Positions 9,105-19,815 are shown, numbered from the stretch's first letter. The stretch is DNA of 64,000 nucleotides from an uncultured Actinomycetota bacterium (GCA_963781545.1 CAWAGN010000016.1:30666-94665), one strand, 5' to 3'. Numbers and translations: made by a program. Notes: generated from the sequence alone by a model not told the origin.

Positions 9105-11924
9105 GTGAGTGACACCTCTGACCCGACGCCCGAGGTTCCCGTGAGACCGGTGACCCCGGTCATCCACGAGGGCCTGCCGACCCAGCTGCCGGACATCGAC
9201 CCCGAGGAGACCGGCGAGTGGGTCGACTCGTTCGACGAGCTGATCGAGCAGCGCGGGCGGGAGCGTGCGCGCTACGTGATGCTCCGGCTTCTCGAGCGCG
9301 CGCGCGAGAAGCAGGTCGGCGTACCCGCGCTGAGGAGCACCGACTACATCAACACGATCCCCCCCGAGCGCGAGCCCTGGTTCCCCGGTGACGAGGAGAT
9401 CGAGCGCCGGATCCGGGCCTTCATCCGCTGGAACGCCGCGGTCACCGTCTCCGACGCCAACCGCAAGGGCCTCGAGGTCGGCGGACACATCGCGACCTAC
9501 CAGTCGAGCGCTTCGCTCTACGAGGTCGGCTTCAACCACTTCTTCCGCGGCAAGGACCACGAGGGCGGCGGCGACCAGATCTACATCCAGGGCCACGGCT
9601 CCCCCGGGATCTACGCGCGCGCCTTCCTCGAGGGGCGGCTGACCGAGGAGCAGCTGCGGCACTTCCGCCAGGAGGTGCAGCACGGACCCGGCAAGGGGCT
9701 CCCGTCCTACCCGCACCCGCGGCTGATGCCGGACTTCTGGGAGTTCCCGACCGTCTCGATGGGCCTGACGGCGCTGAACTCGATCTACCAGGCCCGGTTC
9801 AACCGCTACCTGCAGAACCGCGGGATCAAGGACACCAGCCAGCAGCACGTCTGGGCGTTCCTCGGCGACGGCGAGATGGGCGAGCCGGAGTCGCTCGGCG
9901 CGATCGGTCTGGCCGCGCGCGAGGAGCTCGACAACCTCACCTTCGTCGTGAACTGCAACCTGCAGCAGCTCGACGGGCCGGTCCGCGGCAACGGCAAGAT
10001 CATCCAGGAGCTGGAGTCGTACTTCCGCGGCGCCGGCTGGAACGTGATCAAGGTGGTCTGGGGCCGCGAGTGGGACCAGCTGCTGGCGCGTGACGTCGAC
10101 GGTGTCCTGGTCAACCAGATGAACTCCACGCCCGACGGGCAGTACCAGACGTACTCCAACGAGGACGGCGGCTACATCCGGGACCACTTCTTCGGGTCCG
10201 ACCCGCGGCTGCGCAAGATGGTCGAGCAGATGAGCGACGAGCAGATCGTGAAGCTGCCGCGCGGTGGCCACGACTACCGCAAGGTGTACGCCGCGTTCAA
10301 GGCGGCCAGCGAGCACGTCGGGCAGCCGACGGTGATCCTCGCGAAGACGATCAAGGGCTGGACGATCGAGGGGCTGGAGGGCAAGAACGCCGCCCACCAG
10401 ATGAAGAAGCTGACGCCGAAGGACCTCAAGACCTTCCGCGACCGGCTCTACCTGCCGATCAGCAACAAGGAGCTCGACGACCACTACGAGCGCACCGGCA
10501 TGGCGCCGTTCTTCCACCCCGGCAAGGACGCACCGGAGATCGAGTACATGCTCGAGCGCCGGCGCCAGCTCGGTGGGTCGCTGCCGCGCCGGGTGGTGCG
10601 CGCGAAGCCGCTGAAGCTGCCCGGCGACGAGGTCTACGCCGAGCTGAAGAAAGGCGGCGGCAAGAACAAGATCGCCACCACGATGGCGGCGGTCCGGCTG
10701 CTCCGCGACTGGATCAAGGACCCCGAGATCGGTGCCCGGGTGGTGCCGATCGCGCCCGACGAGTACCGCACGTTCGGCATGGACTCGATGTTCCCGAACG
10801 CGAAGGTCTACAACCCGGGCGGCCAGCAGTACGAGTCGGTCGACCGCAAGCTGCTCCTGGCCTACAAGGAGTCCGAGAAGGGCCAGATGCTCCACGAGGG
10901 CATCTCCGAGGCGGGGGCGGTGGCCTCGGCGACGGCCGCCGGGTCGACGTACTCGACGCACGGCGAGCACATGATCCCGTTCTACATCTTCTACTCGATG
11001 TTCGGCTTCCAGCGCACCGGCGACTCGATCTGGGCGATGGCCGACCAGCTCGCGCGCGGCTTCCTGATCGGTGCCACCGCCGGGCGGACCACCCTGACCG
11101 GTGAGGGTCTCCAGCACGCCGACGGGCACTCGCCGCTGCTGGCGGCGACGAACCCGGCCGTCGTGCACTACGACCCGGCGTTCGCCTACGAGGTCGGCCA
11201 CGTGATGCAGGAGGGCCTGCGCCGGATGTACGGCGTGACCGACGAGCACCCGCACGGCGAGGACGTCATCTTCTACATGACGGTCTACAACGAGCCGGTC
11301 GACCAGCCGGCCGAGCCGGACGACGTCGACACCGAGGGGATCCTGCGCGGCATGCACCACGTCGCCGTGCCCCCGAGCATCGAGGGTCACCGGGAGAACG
11401 GCGACCACCCGCCCCACGTGCAGCTGCTGGCGTCCGGCGTCGGCTTCCCCTGGATCGCGAAGGCCCAGCGGCTGCTGGCCGAGGACTGGGGCGTGGCCGC
11501 GGACACCTGGTCGGTCACGTCGTGGAACGAGCTGGCGCGCGACGCGATCGAGACCGAGGAGTGGGCGCTGATGCACCCCTCGGAGGAGCCGCGGATGCCG
11601 TTCGTGACCGACAAGCTGAAGGACGTCGCCGGTCCCGTGATCGCGGTCAGCGACTACATGCGCGCCGTACCCCTGCAGATCAACCGCTGGGTGCCCACGG
11701 ACTACCACGTGCTCGGCACCGACGGGTTCGGCTTCGCCGACACCCGGCCGGCTGCGCGACGGTTCTTCCACGTCGACGCCGAGTCGGTCGTGGTCCAGGC
11801 GTTGCAGGCGCTGGCCCAGCGCGGTGAGGTGAAGGCGGAGACCGTGCAGGAGGCCTTCGACCGTTACCGGATCGACGACCCGACCGCGGTCTCCGACGTT
11901 AGGCAGGAGGGCGGGGACGCCTGA
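9105..11924 (+). CDS. aceE: Pyruvate dehydrogenase E1 component (homodimeric)
   Basis: 939 aa; [40 protein letters not shown]-binding motif, GEGLQH and [12 protein letters not shown]. Confidence 0.97.
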   Translation: MSDTSDPTPEVPVRPVTPVIHEGLPTQLPDIDPEETGEWVDSFDELIEQRGRERARYVMLRLLERAREKQVGVPALRSTDYINTIPPEREPWFPGDEEIERRIRAFIRWNAAVTVSDANRKGLEVGGHIATYQSSASLYEVGFNHFFRGKDHEGGGDQIYIQGHGSPGIYARAFLEGRLTEEQLRHFRQEVQHGPGKGLPSYPHPRLMPDFWEFPTVSMGLTALNSIYQARFNRYLQNRGIKDTSQQHVWAFLGDGEMGEPESLGAIGLAAREELDNLTFVVNCNLQQLDGPVRGNGKIIQELESYFRGAGWNVIKVVWGREWDQLLARDVDGVLVNQMNSTPDGQYQTYSNEDGGYIRDHFFGSDPRLRKMVEQMSDEQIVKLPRGGHDYRKVYAAFKAASEHVGQPTVILAKTIKGWTIEGLEGKNAAHQMKKLTPKDLKTFRDRLYLPISNKELDDHYERTGMAPFFHPGKDAPEIEYMLERRRQLGGSLPRRVVRAKPLKLPGDEVYAELKKGGGKNKIATTMAAVRLLRDWIKDPEIGARVVPIAPDEYRTFGMDSMFPNAKVYNPGGQQYESVDRKLLLAYKESEKGQMLHEGISEAGAVASATAAGSTYSTHGEHMIPFYIFYSMFGFQRTGDSIWAMADQLARGFLIGATAGRTTLTGEGLQHADGHSPLLAATNPAVVHYDPAFAYEVGHVMQEGLRRMYGVTDEHPHGEDVIFYMTVYNEPVDQPAEPDDVDTEGILRGMHHVAVPPSIEGHRENGDHPPHVQLLASGVGFPWIAKAQRLLAEDWGVAADTWSVTSWNELARDAIETEEWALMHPSEEPRMPFVTDKLKDVAGPVIAVSDYMRAVPLQINRWVPTDYHVLGTDGFGFADTRPAARRFFHVDAESVVVQALQALAQRGEVKAETVQEAFDRYRIDDPTAVSDVRQEGGDA

Positions 11925-12142
11925 TGGACGTCCCGGCAGCCGCGGAGGCGGGCTACCGGAGGGCGGCGGTCTTCCTGGTGGCCGGCGTGCTGCTGGTCGG
12001 TGCCTCGTTCGTGGTCGGGGAGGCAACGCGCAATCTGGTCCGCCCGCTCGGCTACATCGCCCTGGCGCTGAGCGTCATCTTCGCCGGCATCGGGCTCTGG
12101 CTGCACCACATGCCGGGCGCACCGGCGGACGACGACCGGTAG
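11924..12142 (+). CDS. Small two-TM membrane protein, coupled to aceE (TGATG)
   Basis: 72 aa with two hydrophobic segments; start overlaps the aceE stop; GGAGG upstream. Confidence 0.6.
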   Translation: MDVPAAAEAGYRRAAVFLVAGVLLVGASFVVGEATRNLVRPLGYIALALSVIFAGIGLWLHHMPGAPADDDR

Positions 12143-12152
12143 GTCGCGACCC

Positions 12153-13142
12153 TCAGGCCGAGCGGGTACGACGCCGTGACAGCCGGGTGACGGGCCGCAA
12201 CGGACGCTCCCCGGCGAGCTCGCGCACGGCGGGGTGGTCCGGGCCGTTCGTGAGCATCTCCCGCCAGTCGGACCGGTCGTGGGAGGCCGGCTCGGTGGTG
12301 CGCACGAAGTCGTTGAGCAGCTTCACGAACCGCTCCGGGTGGTCCTTGTGCACGAAGTGGCCGGCGTTGTCGACGATCTCGATGTCGGCGCCGGGCGCGA
12401 TGCCCGCCGCGATGTCGGCGTGGGACACCGGGATCACCGAGTCCTGCTTGCCCCAGATCACGCACATCGGCATCGCCGCCGCGAGGTAGGCGCGGTCGGC
12501 CATCGTGATGATCTGGCCCTTCCAGTCCACGCAGGCGCGCACCACGTGGGCGATCGCGGCACGGGCAGCGGGGTCCTTGAACGACTCGTAGATGTCGGCC
12601 ACCTCGTCCAGGTCGCGGACCCGGGAGATGCCGGTGCGCGAGAGGGCGCGGAGCGTGGCGGCGCTGACGTGCCGGATGCCGGGCAGCGTCGCGATCCCCA
12701 TCAGCTGCTGGAAGAGCGGCAGCGTGACCGCGCGGATCGCCCTGGTCACGTCGGGGCCGATGCCACCGGGGGCCACCAGCACCATCCGCTCGGTGCGCTC
12801 GGGGAACTGGTAGGCGAACTGCATCGCCACCCCGCCGCCCAGGCTGTGCCCGACCACGGTCACCGTCTCGATGCCGAGCACGGTGAGCAGGTCGCGCATT
12901 GCGTTGGCGTAGCCGCCGATGGAGTAGTCCGCGCGAGGCTTGGCGGAGGCGCCGTGCCCGAGCAGGTCGGGCGCGATGACGGTGTAGCGCCGCGCCAGCG
13001 AGTCGATGACCGGGTCCCAGGTGGTGTGGTCGCAGCCGAGACCGTGCAGGAGCAGCAGAGCCGGCCCGGAGCCGATCTTCACGAACGCACGCTCGTGCCC
13101 GTGGATGACCACCTTCTGCACCCGATGCGCCATGTGTGTCAC
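12153..13142 (-). CDS. Alpha/beta hydrolase
   Basis: LLLLHGLG, APDLLGHGAS, GHSLGG nucleophile elbow, WGKQD and GHFVH. Confidence 0.9.
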   Translation of the reverse strand: MTHMAHRVQKVVIHGHERAFVKIGSGPALLLLHGLGCDHTTWDPVIDSLARRYTVIAPDLLGHGASAKPRADYSIGGYANAMRDLLTVLGIETVTVVGHSLGGGVAMQFAYQFPERTERMVLVAPGGIGPDVTRAIRAVTLPLFQQLMGIATLPGIRHVSAATLRALSRTGISRVRDLDEVADIYESFKDPAARAAIAHVVRACVDWKGQIITMADRAYLAAAMPMCVIWGKQDSVIPVSHADIAAGIAPGADIEIVDNAGHFVHKDHPERFVKLLNDFVRTTEPASHDRSDWREMLTNGPDHPAVRELAGERPLRPVTRLSRRRTRSA

Positions 13143-13294
13143 CCGTCTTCGAGAGGGAGGGACCAGCGAAGTTAACCAGAACGTGTCCCATCGTCGCGCA
13201 CGAACCCCTTGCGGGGTTGGGATGGCGTCGAGCGGGGGTGCGGTGACGCTCGACGCCGGACGCGCGGGTCGACCGCCCGCAATAGAGTCGCGAC

Positions 13295-14470
13295 GTGACC
13301 ACGACCCAGCCGAGCAGCCGCGCCGAGATCGCGCAGCGGCTCGAGCAGTCCGTGGGCCGGCTGAGCACGACCGCGCTGCAACGCATGGAGCGCGAGATGA
13401 CGTGGTTCCGCGACCTGTCGGCCCAGGAGCGCTCCTGGATCGGCCTGATCGTGCAGGCCGGTATCGCGGCCTTCGTGGACTGGTACCGCGACCCGCACCC
13501 CACCGCCGCGCTCCGCGCCGAGGTGTTCGGGGCGGCGCCGCGCGCGTTCGCGGGCCGGATCAGCCTGCAGCGCACCGTGGCCATGGTCCGGCTCTCGATC
13601 GAGGTGGTGGAGGAGAACGTCGTGGACGTGCTCGGCGAGGCCGACGCGCAGTCCGTGATCGAGGGGATCACCCGCTACGGCCGCGAGGTCGCCTTCGCCA
13701 CGGCCGAGATCTACGCCCGCGCCGCCGAGATGCGGGGCGCCTGGGACGCACGGCTGGAGGCGCTGGTCGTCGACTCCGTGCTCCGAGGCGACAGCGACGG
13801 CACCGTCGAGTCGCGGGCCAGCGCCCTCGGCTGGGAGGACGAGGGCCGGGTGATGACGCTGGTCGGCCCGATGTCCGGGGTGTCCGGCCACGACGCCACG
13901 GACGACGTACGTCGGATCGCGCACGACGCCGGACTCCGCGCCCTGTGTGCCGTTCAGGGTGACCGGCTGGTCGTGATCGTCGGCGGCCCGGGAGCGGGCG
14001 ACGCGTCCCTGACCGACCTCGCGGAGGTGTTCGGCGAGGGACCGGTGGTGGTCGGACCGCTGGTCGACGACCTGGTCGACGTCCCCCGCAGTGCGGCCGC
14101 CGCGTTCGCCGGCTACCGGGTCGCCGGCGGCTGGGTCGACGCACCCCGACCGGTGAACGCCGACGACCTGCTGCCCGAGCGCGCGCTCGGGGGCGACGAG
14201 CAGGCACTCGACCACCTGGTCAGCGAGATCCACACCCCTCTGGCCGAGGCCGGCGCGGTGGTGCTGGACACGCTGCAGGCCTACCTCGACCGGGGCAGCT
14301 CCCTGGAGGCGACGGCCCGTGCGCTCTTCGTGCACGCCAACACCGTGCGCTACCGGTTGCGGCGCGCCCACGAGGTCACGGGACTCAACCCGTCCGACCC
14401 GCGGGACGCCTACACGCTGCAGGTGGCGCTGACCACTGGCCGTCTCCGGGGCCGCGGGTCTAACTTGTAG
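13295..14470 (+). CDS. fasR: PucR/CdaR-family activator of fatty-acid synthesis (FasR/MabR-like)
   Basis: C-terminal HTH LEATARALFVHANTVRYRLRR; directly upstream of fabD; GTG lies 6 nt after TAGAGT. Confidence 0.88.
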   Translation: MTTTQPSSRAEIAQRLEQSVGRLSTTALQRMEREMTWFRDLSAQERSWIGLIVQAGIAAFVDWYRDPHPTAALRAEVFGAAPRAFAGRISLQRTVAMVRLSIEVVEENVVDVLGEADAQSVIEGITRYGREVAFATAEIYARAAEMRGAWDARLEALVVDSVLRGDSDGTVESRASALGWEDEGRVMTLVGPMSGVSGHDATDDVRRIAHDAGLRALCAVQGDRLVVIVGGPGAGDASLTDLAEVFGEGPVVVGPLVDDLVDVPRSAAAAFAGYRVAGGWVDAPRPVNADDLLPERALGGDEQALDHLVSEIHTPLAEAGAVVLDTLQAYLDRGSSLEATARALFVHANTVRYRLRRAHEVTGLNPSDPRDAYTLQVALTTGRLRGRGSNL

Positions 14471-14481
14471 GAACCCTACAA
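14465..14481. promoter_or_regulatory. Putative FasR/MabR operator, TTGT-N9-ACAA palindrome
   Basis: TTGTAGG-AAC-CCTACAA is a perfect 7-3-7 palindrome overlapping the fasR stop, about 70 bp upstream of fabD. It matches the core of the mycobacterial MabR site. Confidence 0.75.
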
Positions 14482-14549
14482 ATCTCGGTCGGGCGTTTTC
14501 GTACGTGCCGGATGCGCGTCACCGCGCCCGACTTCGCAAGGATGGATTC

Positions 14550-15737
14550 GTGCTGATCATCGTCGCTCCCGGCCAGGGTGCCCAGAGCCCCGGTTTCCTC
14601 TCCCCGTGGCTGGAGGACCCCGCCTTCGCGGAGCGGCTGGACTGGCTGAGCGCGGTGGCCGGACTCGACCTGGCGCACTACGGCACCGAGGCCGACGCCG
14701 ACACGATCCGCGACACCTCGATCGCGCAGCCGCTCCTGGTCGGCGCCGGCCTGGTCGCCGCGCTGTCCCTCTTCCCGCACCCGTCCGACGCGTTCGACCG
14801 GGTCAGCGCGGTCGCCGGCCACAGCGTCGGCGAGCTGACCGCCGCGGCAGGTGCCCGGGCGATCACCGCCGAGCAGGCGATGGTGCTGGTGCGCGAGCGC
14901 GGCAAGGCGATGGCCGACGCTGCCGACGTCACCCCCACCGGCATGACCGCGGTGCTCGGCGGTGACGCCGAGGAGGTGCTGGCCGCTCTCGACAAGCACG
15001 GGCTCACACCCGCCAACGTCAACGGCCCCGGCCAGGTGGTCGCGGCCGGCACCCTGGAGCAGCTCCAGGCGCTCGCCGACGCGCCGCCGGAGAAGGCCCG
15101 ACTGATGCCGCTCTCGGTCGCGGGCGCGTTCCACACCGAGCACATGGCCCCGGCCGTACAGGTGATGGGCAAGCTGGCCCGCGGTGTCTCCACCCACGAC
15201 CCGCGCTTCGCGCTGATCTCCAACGCCGACGGTCAGGTGGTCCACGACGGCCGCGAGGTCGTACGCCGGATCGTGAAGCAGGTCGCCAACCCGGTGCGCT
15301 GGGACCTCTGCCTCGAGACCATGAGCGACCTCGGTGTCTCCGGCATCCTGGAGATCCCGCCGGCCGGCACCCTGACCGGGATCGCCAAGCGGGCGCTCAA
15401 GGGTGTGGAGACGTTCGCGCTGAAGACCCCCGACCAGCTCGACGACGCCCGCGACTTCTGCGACAAGCACGGCTCGCACTCCCAGATGGACACCTCCCCC
15501 ACCTGGCGGATGCTGGTGTCCCCCGCGAAGGGCACCTTCGTCCGTGACGAGGTGGCCGGTGACGCGACCTCGCTCACCCCGGGCAGCCCGATCGGCACCG
15601 TCCGCAGCCTGCGCGACGAGACGCCGGTGGTGGCCCCCCACGGCGGCACGGTCGTGGAGTGGCTGGTCGAGGACGGCGACCTGGTCTCCCCCGGCCAGCC
15701 GCTGGTCCGCCTGCACCCCGAAGGAGTCGCCCAGTGA
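14550..15737 (+). CDS. fabD: Malonyl-CoA:ACP transacylase FabD with fused C-terminal biotinyl/lipoyl-like domain
   Basis: APGQGAQ, GHSVGE, AFHT and QVANPVRW motifs, plus about 75 extra C-terminal aa with a BCCP-like pattern (APHGGTVVEWLVEDGDLVSPGQPL). Confidence 0.92.
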   Translation: MLIIVAPGQGAQSPGFLSPWLEDPAFAERLDWLSAVAGLDLAHYGTEADADTIRDTSIAQPLLVGAGLVAALSLFPHPSDAFDRVSAVAGHSVGELTAAAGARAITAEQAMVLVRERGKAMADAADVTPTGMTAVLGGDAEEVLAALDKHGLTPANVNGPGQVVAAGTLEQLQALADAPPEKARLMPLSVAGAFHTEHMAPAVQVMGKLARGVSTHDPRFALISNADGQVVHDGREVVRRIVKQVANPVRWDLCLETMSDLGVSGILEIPPAGTLTGIAKRALKGVETFALKTPDQLDDARDFCDKHGSHSQMDTSPTWRMLVSPAKGTFVRDEVAGDATSLTPGSPIGTVRSLRDETPVVAPHGGTVVEWLVEDGDLVSPGQPLVRLHPEGVAQ

Positions 15738-16735
15738 CCGCTCTCAAGGTCTCCGAGACCATCCACCACACAGCCGTCCTCGGGATCGGCGCCTACCGGC
15801 CCAGCCGGGTCATCCCCAACGCCGACATCGTCGGTGCGATCGACTCCAGCGACGAGTGGATCCAGCAACGCTCCGGCATCGTCGAGCGGCGCTGGTGCAA
15901 CGACGACGAGACCGTGCAGTCGATGTCGGTGTCCTCGGCGCGTGACGCGCTGGCCTACGCCGGCGTCGAGGCCGCCCAGATCGACTGCGTGGTCGTGGCG
16001 ACGGTCTCCCACATGCTGCAGACCCCGGCCATCGCGACCGCGATCGCCCACGAGCTCGGCACCGACAAGGCCGCCGCGTTCGACATCTCCGCCGCCTGCG
16101 CCGGCTTCTGCCACGGCGTCGCGATGGCCTCCGACTTCGTGCGCTCCGGCACCGCGAAGTACGCGCTGGTGATCGGCGTCGAGCGGCTCTCCGACATCAC
16201 CGACCCCGACGACCGCGGCTCCGCGTTCATCTTCGCCGACGGCGCGGGTGCGGTCGTGATCGGCCCGTCCGACGAGCCCGGCATCGGCCCGGTCGTGTGG
16301 GGCAGCGACGGTGAGCACTACGACCACATCCGGCAGCGCGAGGACTGGCGCGACGTGGTCGCCTCCGAGTCCCCCCGGATGCCGCACCTGACCATGAAGG
16401 GCAACGAGGTCTTCCGCTGGGCGACGTACGAGATGGCGAAGGTGGCCCGCGAGACGCTCGACCGCACCGGCGTCACCGTCGACGACCTCGACGTCTTCGT
16501 CCCCCACCAGGCCAACATGCGCATCGTCGACGCGATGGCCCGGGCGCTCAAGCTCCCGCCGCACGTGAAGATCGCGCGTGACATTGCCTATCAGGGCAAC
16601 ACCTCGGCTGCTTCCGTACCGCTGGCGCTCAATGCCATGGTGGAGAGCGGCGAGGCGAAACCCGGTGACACGGCGTTGCTGATCGCGTTCGGTGCCGGCC
16701 TGGCGTACGCCGCGCAGGTGATCACCGTTCCCTGA
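15734..16735 (+). CDS. fabH: Beta-ketoacyl-ACP synthase III
   Basis: DISAACAGF (catalytic Cys), PHQAN, GNTSAAS and FGAGL; GTGA overlap with fabD. Confidence 0.95.
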   Translation: MTALKVSETIHHTAVLGIGAYRPSRVIPNADIVGAIDSSDEWIQQRSGIVERRWCNDDETVQSMSVSSARDALAYAGVEAAQIDCVVVATVSHMLQTPAIATAIAHELGTDKAAAFDISAACAGFCHGVAMASDFVRSGTAKYALVIGVERLSDITDPDDRGSAFIFADGAGAVVIGPSDEPGIGPVVWGSDGEHYDHIRQREDWRDVVASESPRMPHLTMKGNEVFRWATYEMAKVARETLDRTGVTVDDLDVFVPHQANMRIVDAMARALKLPPHVKIARDIAYQGNTSAASVPLALNAMVESGEAKPGDTALLIAFGAGLAYAAQVITVP

Positions 16736-16809
16736 CGCACCATCCGAGTTCTGCACCACTGCACCACCCCGATGGAAGCTCAACCAACCAACCGAAAGAG
16801 GAAGCCAAC

Positions 16810-17055
16810 ATGGCCACCACCGAGGAGATCCGCGCCGGCCTGGCCGAGCTCGTCAACGAGGTCACCGGTATCGACGGCGACGACGTCCAGCTCGACAAGT
16901 CGTTCACGGAGGACCTCGACGTCGACTCGCTGTCGATGGTCGAGATCGTGGTCGCCGCCGAGGAGAAGTTCGGCGTCACCATCCCCGACGACGAGGTGAA
17001 GAACCTCAAGACCGTCGGCGACGCCGTCGGGTACATCGAGAAGCAGCAGTCCTGA
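16810..17055 (+). CDS. acpP: Acyl carrier protein
   Basis: DLDVDSLSMVE phosphopantetheine site; acidic 81 aa; AGAGGA RBS. Confidence 0.96.
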   Translation: MATTEEIRAGLAELVNEVTGIDGDDVQLDKSFTEDLDVDSLSMVEIVVAAEEKFGVTIPDDEVKNLKTVGDAVGYIEKQQS

Positions 17056-17075
17056 CCCCCTGTCGTTCGTGAGCA

Positions 17076-17116
17076 GTCGGCGGTCCGGCCCCCTGCGGGA
17101 CGGCCGGGCCGCCGAC
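17076..17116 (+). terminator. Strong intra-operon hairpin between acpP and fabF
   Basis: GTCGGCGGTCCGGCC-11 nt-GGCCGGGCCGCCGAC, a 15-bp stem with one G-U pair. Confidence 0.7.
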
Positions 17117-17135
17117 AGCCCGAAGTGAGGAACCG

Positions 17136-18386
17136 ATGAGTCGAACCAGAGTCGTAGTGACCGGTATGGGCACGACCAGCCCCGTCGGCGGTGACGTCGC
17201 CAGCACCTGGGACGCGCTGCTCGCCGGCACCTCCGGCGTCCGCCACCTCACCGAGGAGTGGGCCCAGGAGATGCCGGTGAAGATCGCCGGGCGCGTCAAG
17301 GTCGAACCGACCGAGGTGCTGGAGCGGGTCAAGGCACGTCGCCTGGACCGTTCCTCGCAGCTCGCGATGGTGGCGGCGATGGAGGCCTGGGCCGACTCCG
17401 GGCTGGCCGACGCCGACATCGACCAGGACCGGCTGGGCGTCGCGTGCGCCTCCGGCATCGGCGGCGTCACGACGCTGCTGGACAACTACGACGCACTGAA
17501 GGAGAAGGGCCCCCGCCGGGTGTCCCCGCTCGCGGTACCGATGCTGATGCCCAACGCGCCGGCGGCGCAGATCAGCCTGTACGTCGGCGCGCGCGCCGCC
17601 GTGAACACCCCCGTCTCCGCCTGCGCCTCCGGCAACGAGGGCATCTCCCTCGCACTCGACCAGATCCGGCTCGGCCGGGCCGACATCGTCCTCGCCGGCG
17701 GCACCGAGGCGGCGATCCACCCGCTCCCGATGGCCGCCTTCGCGAACATGATGGCGCTCTCCAAGACCGGCAGCGAGGAGGGCGGCGACCCGACCACGGT
17801 GTCCCGGCCCTGGGACACCGGACGCGACGGGTTCGTGCTCGGTGAGGGCGCCGGGATCCTGGTTCTCGAGTCGCTCGAGCACGCCCTGGCCCGCGGCGCG
17901 AAGATCTACGCCGAAGTGCTCGGGGCCGGGATCACCGCCGACTCCCACGACATCGCCCAGCCCGACCCCGAGGGTCGCGGTGGCACCCGCGCGATCAAGC
18001 GAGCGCTCGAGGAGGCCGACATCAGCGCCGGCGACGTGGTCCACGTCAACGCCCACGCGACCTCCACGCCGCAGGGAGACATCGCCGAGGGCCTGATGAT
18101 CCACGCGACGCTCGGCAAGCACGCCGACGACGTCGTGGTGACCTCCACCAAGTCGATGACCGGTCACCTGCTCGGTGGCGCCGGCGCCCTCGAGTCGATC
18201 GCGACCGTGCTCGCCATCCATCACCGGGTGGCGCCGCCGACGATCAACCTGGACAACCTCGACCCGGCGGTCGAGCTCGACATCCCGACCTCCGCCCGCA
18301 AGCTGCCCGACGGCGACATCGCCGCCCTCAACAACAGCTTCGGCTTCGGCGGCGCCAACGTCGCGGTGGCATTCGGGAGCTACTGA
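17136..18386 (+). CDS. fabF: Beta-ketoacyl-ACP synthase II
   Basis: PVSACASG, HVNAHATST, KSMTGHLLG and NNSFGFGG motifs. Confidence 0.96.
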   Translation: MSRTRVVVTGMGTTSPVGGDVASTWDALLAGTSGVRHLTEEWAQEMPVKIAGRVKVEPTEVLERVKARRLDRSSQLAMVAAMEAWADSGLADADIDQDRLGVACASGIGGVTTLLDNYDALKEKGPRRVSPLAVPMLMPNAPAAQISLYVGARAAVNTPVSACASGNEGISLALDQIRLGRADIVLAGGTEAAIHPLPMAAFANMMALSKTGSEEGGDPTTVSRPWDTGRDGFVLGEGAGILVLESLEHALARGAKIYAEVLGAGITADSHDIAQPDPEGRGGTRAIKRALEEADISAGDVVHVNAHATSTPQGDIAEGLMIHATLGKHADDVVVTSTKSMTGHLLGGAGALESIATVLAIHHRVAPPTINLDNLDPAVELDIPTSARKLPDGDIAALNNSFGFGGANVAVAFGSY

Positions 18387-18387
18387 G

Positions 18388-19815
18388 ATGACCCAGGCTC
18401 CGGCTCGCCCCGCAGCCACGAAGCCTCCGCGTGAGGAGGACCCGCGCTATCCGCTCAACCGGCTCGGCGCGCTCCTCGACGAGGGCACCCTGGAGACGAT
18501 CACCCCGGTCGACGACTCCGGCATGCTCGCGGTGTTCGGCCGGGTGCAGGGCAAGAGCGTGGTCGCGTTCTGCTCCGACCCGACGATCATGGGCGGCGCG
18601 ATGGGCGTCGACGGCTGCAAGGTCGTGGTCGCGGCCTACCAGCGCGCGCTGACCGACCGGGTGCCGATCATCGGGCTCTGGCACTCCGGCGGCGCCCGGC
18701 TGGCCGAGGGCGTGCTGTCCCTGCACGCCGTGGGCCAGATCTTCCACGCGATGACCCACGCCTCCGGCGTGATCCCCCAGGTCTCGGTCGTGCTCGGCCC
18801 GGCGGCCGGCGGGGCGGCGTACGGTCCGGCGCTGACCGACGTGGTGGTCCTCGGCCCCGAGGGACGGATCTTCGTGACCGGTCCCGACGTGGTGCGCTCG
18901 GTGACCGGCGAGGACGTCGACATGCTCCGGCTCGGCGGCCCCGAGCCCCACGGCCGGCGCTCAGGCGTCGTGCACGTGCTCACCGAGACCGAGGCCGAGG
19001 CGCTGGAGAAGGCCCGCGTCATCGCGTTCCTGCTGGGCGCCCAGGGCACGCTCGACGTGGACGCCGTCGAGGACCGGGACCTCGCAGAGCTGCTGCCGGA
19101 GAACGCCAAGCGTGCCTACGACGTGCACCCGCTGGTCGACGCCGTGCTCGACGAGGGCTCGATGCAGGAGCTCCACGCCAGGTGGGCGCCCAACATCGTG
19201 ACCGCGCTGGGTCGCTTCGGTGGTCGCACCACCGGCGTGATCGCCAACAACCCGCTCCGGCTCGGTGGCTGCCTGGACTCCGCGTCGGCGGAGAAGGCGT
19301 CGCGGTTCGTGCGCATGTGCGACGCCTTCGGGGTTCCGCTGATCGTGCTGGTCGACGTCCCCGGCTACCTGCCCGGCGTGGGTCAGGAGTGGGACGGCGT
19401 CGTACGACGGGGGGCGAAGCTGCTGCACGCGTTCTCCGAGGCCGTCGTGCCCGCCGTCACCGTGGTCACCCGCAAGACCTACGGCGGCGCCTACATCGCG
19501 ATGAACGCCCGCTCGCTGGGAGCCACCAAGGTGTTCGCCTGGCCGGGCGCCGAGGTCGCCGTGATGGGTGCCGTGGCCGCGATCCGGATCCTGCACCGGC
19601 GCAAGCTGGCCGAGGTCGCTCCCGACGTCCGCCCCCAGGTCGAGGCCGAGCTCGCCGAGGAGCACACCCGGATCGCCGGGGGCATCGACACGGCCGTCGA
19701 GATCGGCGTCGTCGACGAGGTCGTCTCGCCCGCCGCCACCCGCAGCGCGATCGCGAAGGCGATCGCCGGCGCCGGCCTGGTCACCCGCGGCGCCCACGGC
19801 AACATCCCCCTCTGA
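18388..19815 (+). CDS. accD: Acyl-CoA carboxylase carboxyltransferase (beta) subunit, AccD6-like
   Basis: SGGARLAEG, GPAAGGAAY, FVTGPDVV, DVPGYLPG and RKTYGGAYIAM motifs. Confidence 0.92.
   Translation: MTQAPARPAATKPPREEDPRYPLNRLGALLDEGTLETITPVDDSGMLAVFGRVQGKSVVAFCSDPTIMGGAMGVDGCKVVVAAYQRALTDRVPIIGLWHSGGARLAEGVLSLHAVGQIFHAMTHASGVIPQVSVVLGPAAGGAAYGPALTDVVVLGPEGRIFVTGPDVVRSVTGEDVDMLRLGGPEPHGRRSGVVHVLTETEAEALEKARVIAFLLGAQGTLDVDAVEDRDLAELLPENAKRAYDVHPLVDAVLDEGSMQELHARWAPNIVTALGRFGGRTTGVIANNPLRLGGCLDSASAEKASRFVRMCDAFGVPLIVLVDVPGYLPGVGQEWDGVVRRGAKLLHAFSEAVVPAVTVVTRKTYGGAYIAMNARSLGATKVFAWPGAEVAVMGAVAAIRILHRRKLAEVAPDVRPQVEAELAEEHTRIAGGIDTAVEIGVVDEVVSPAATRSAIAKAIAGAGLVTRGAHGNIPL

Noticed and set aside
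8913-12026. 1037-aa ORF antisense to aceE; similarly 55582-59385 (+), 32885-34819 (+), 39179-41092 (+), 21631-23964 (-) and others
   Set aside because: Shadow ORFs caused by high-GC codon bias on the opposite strand of well-supported genes; no recognisable motifs.
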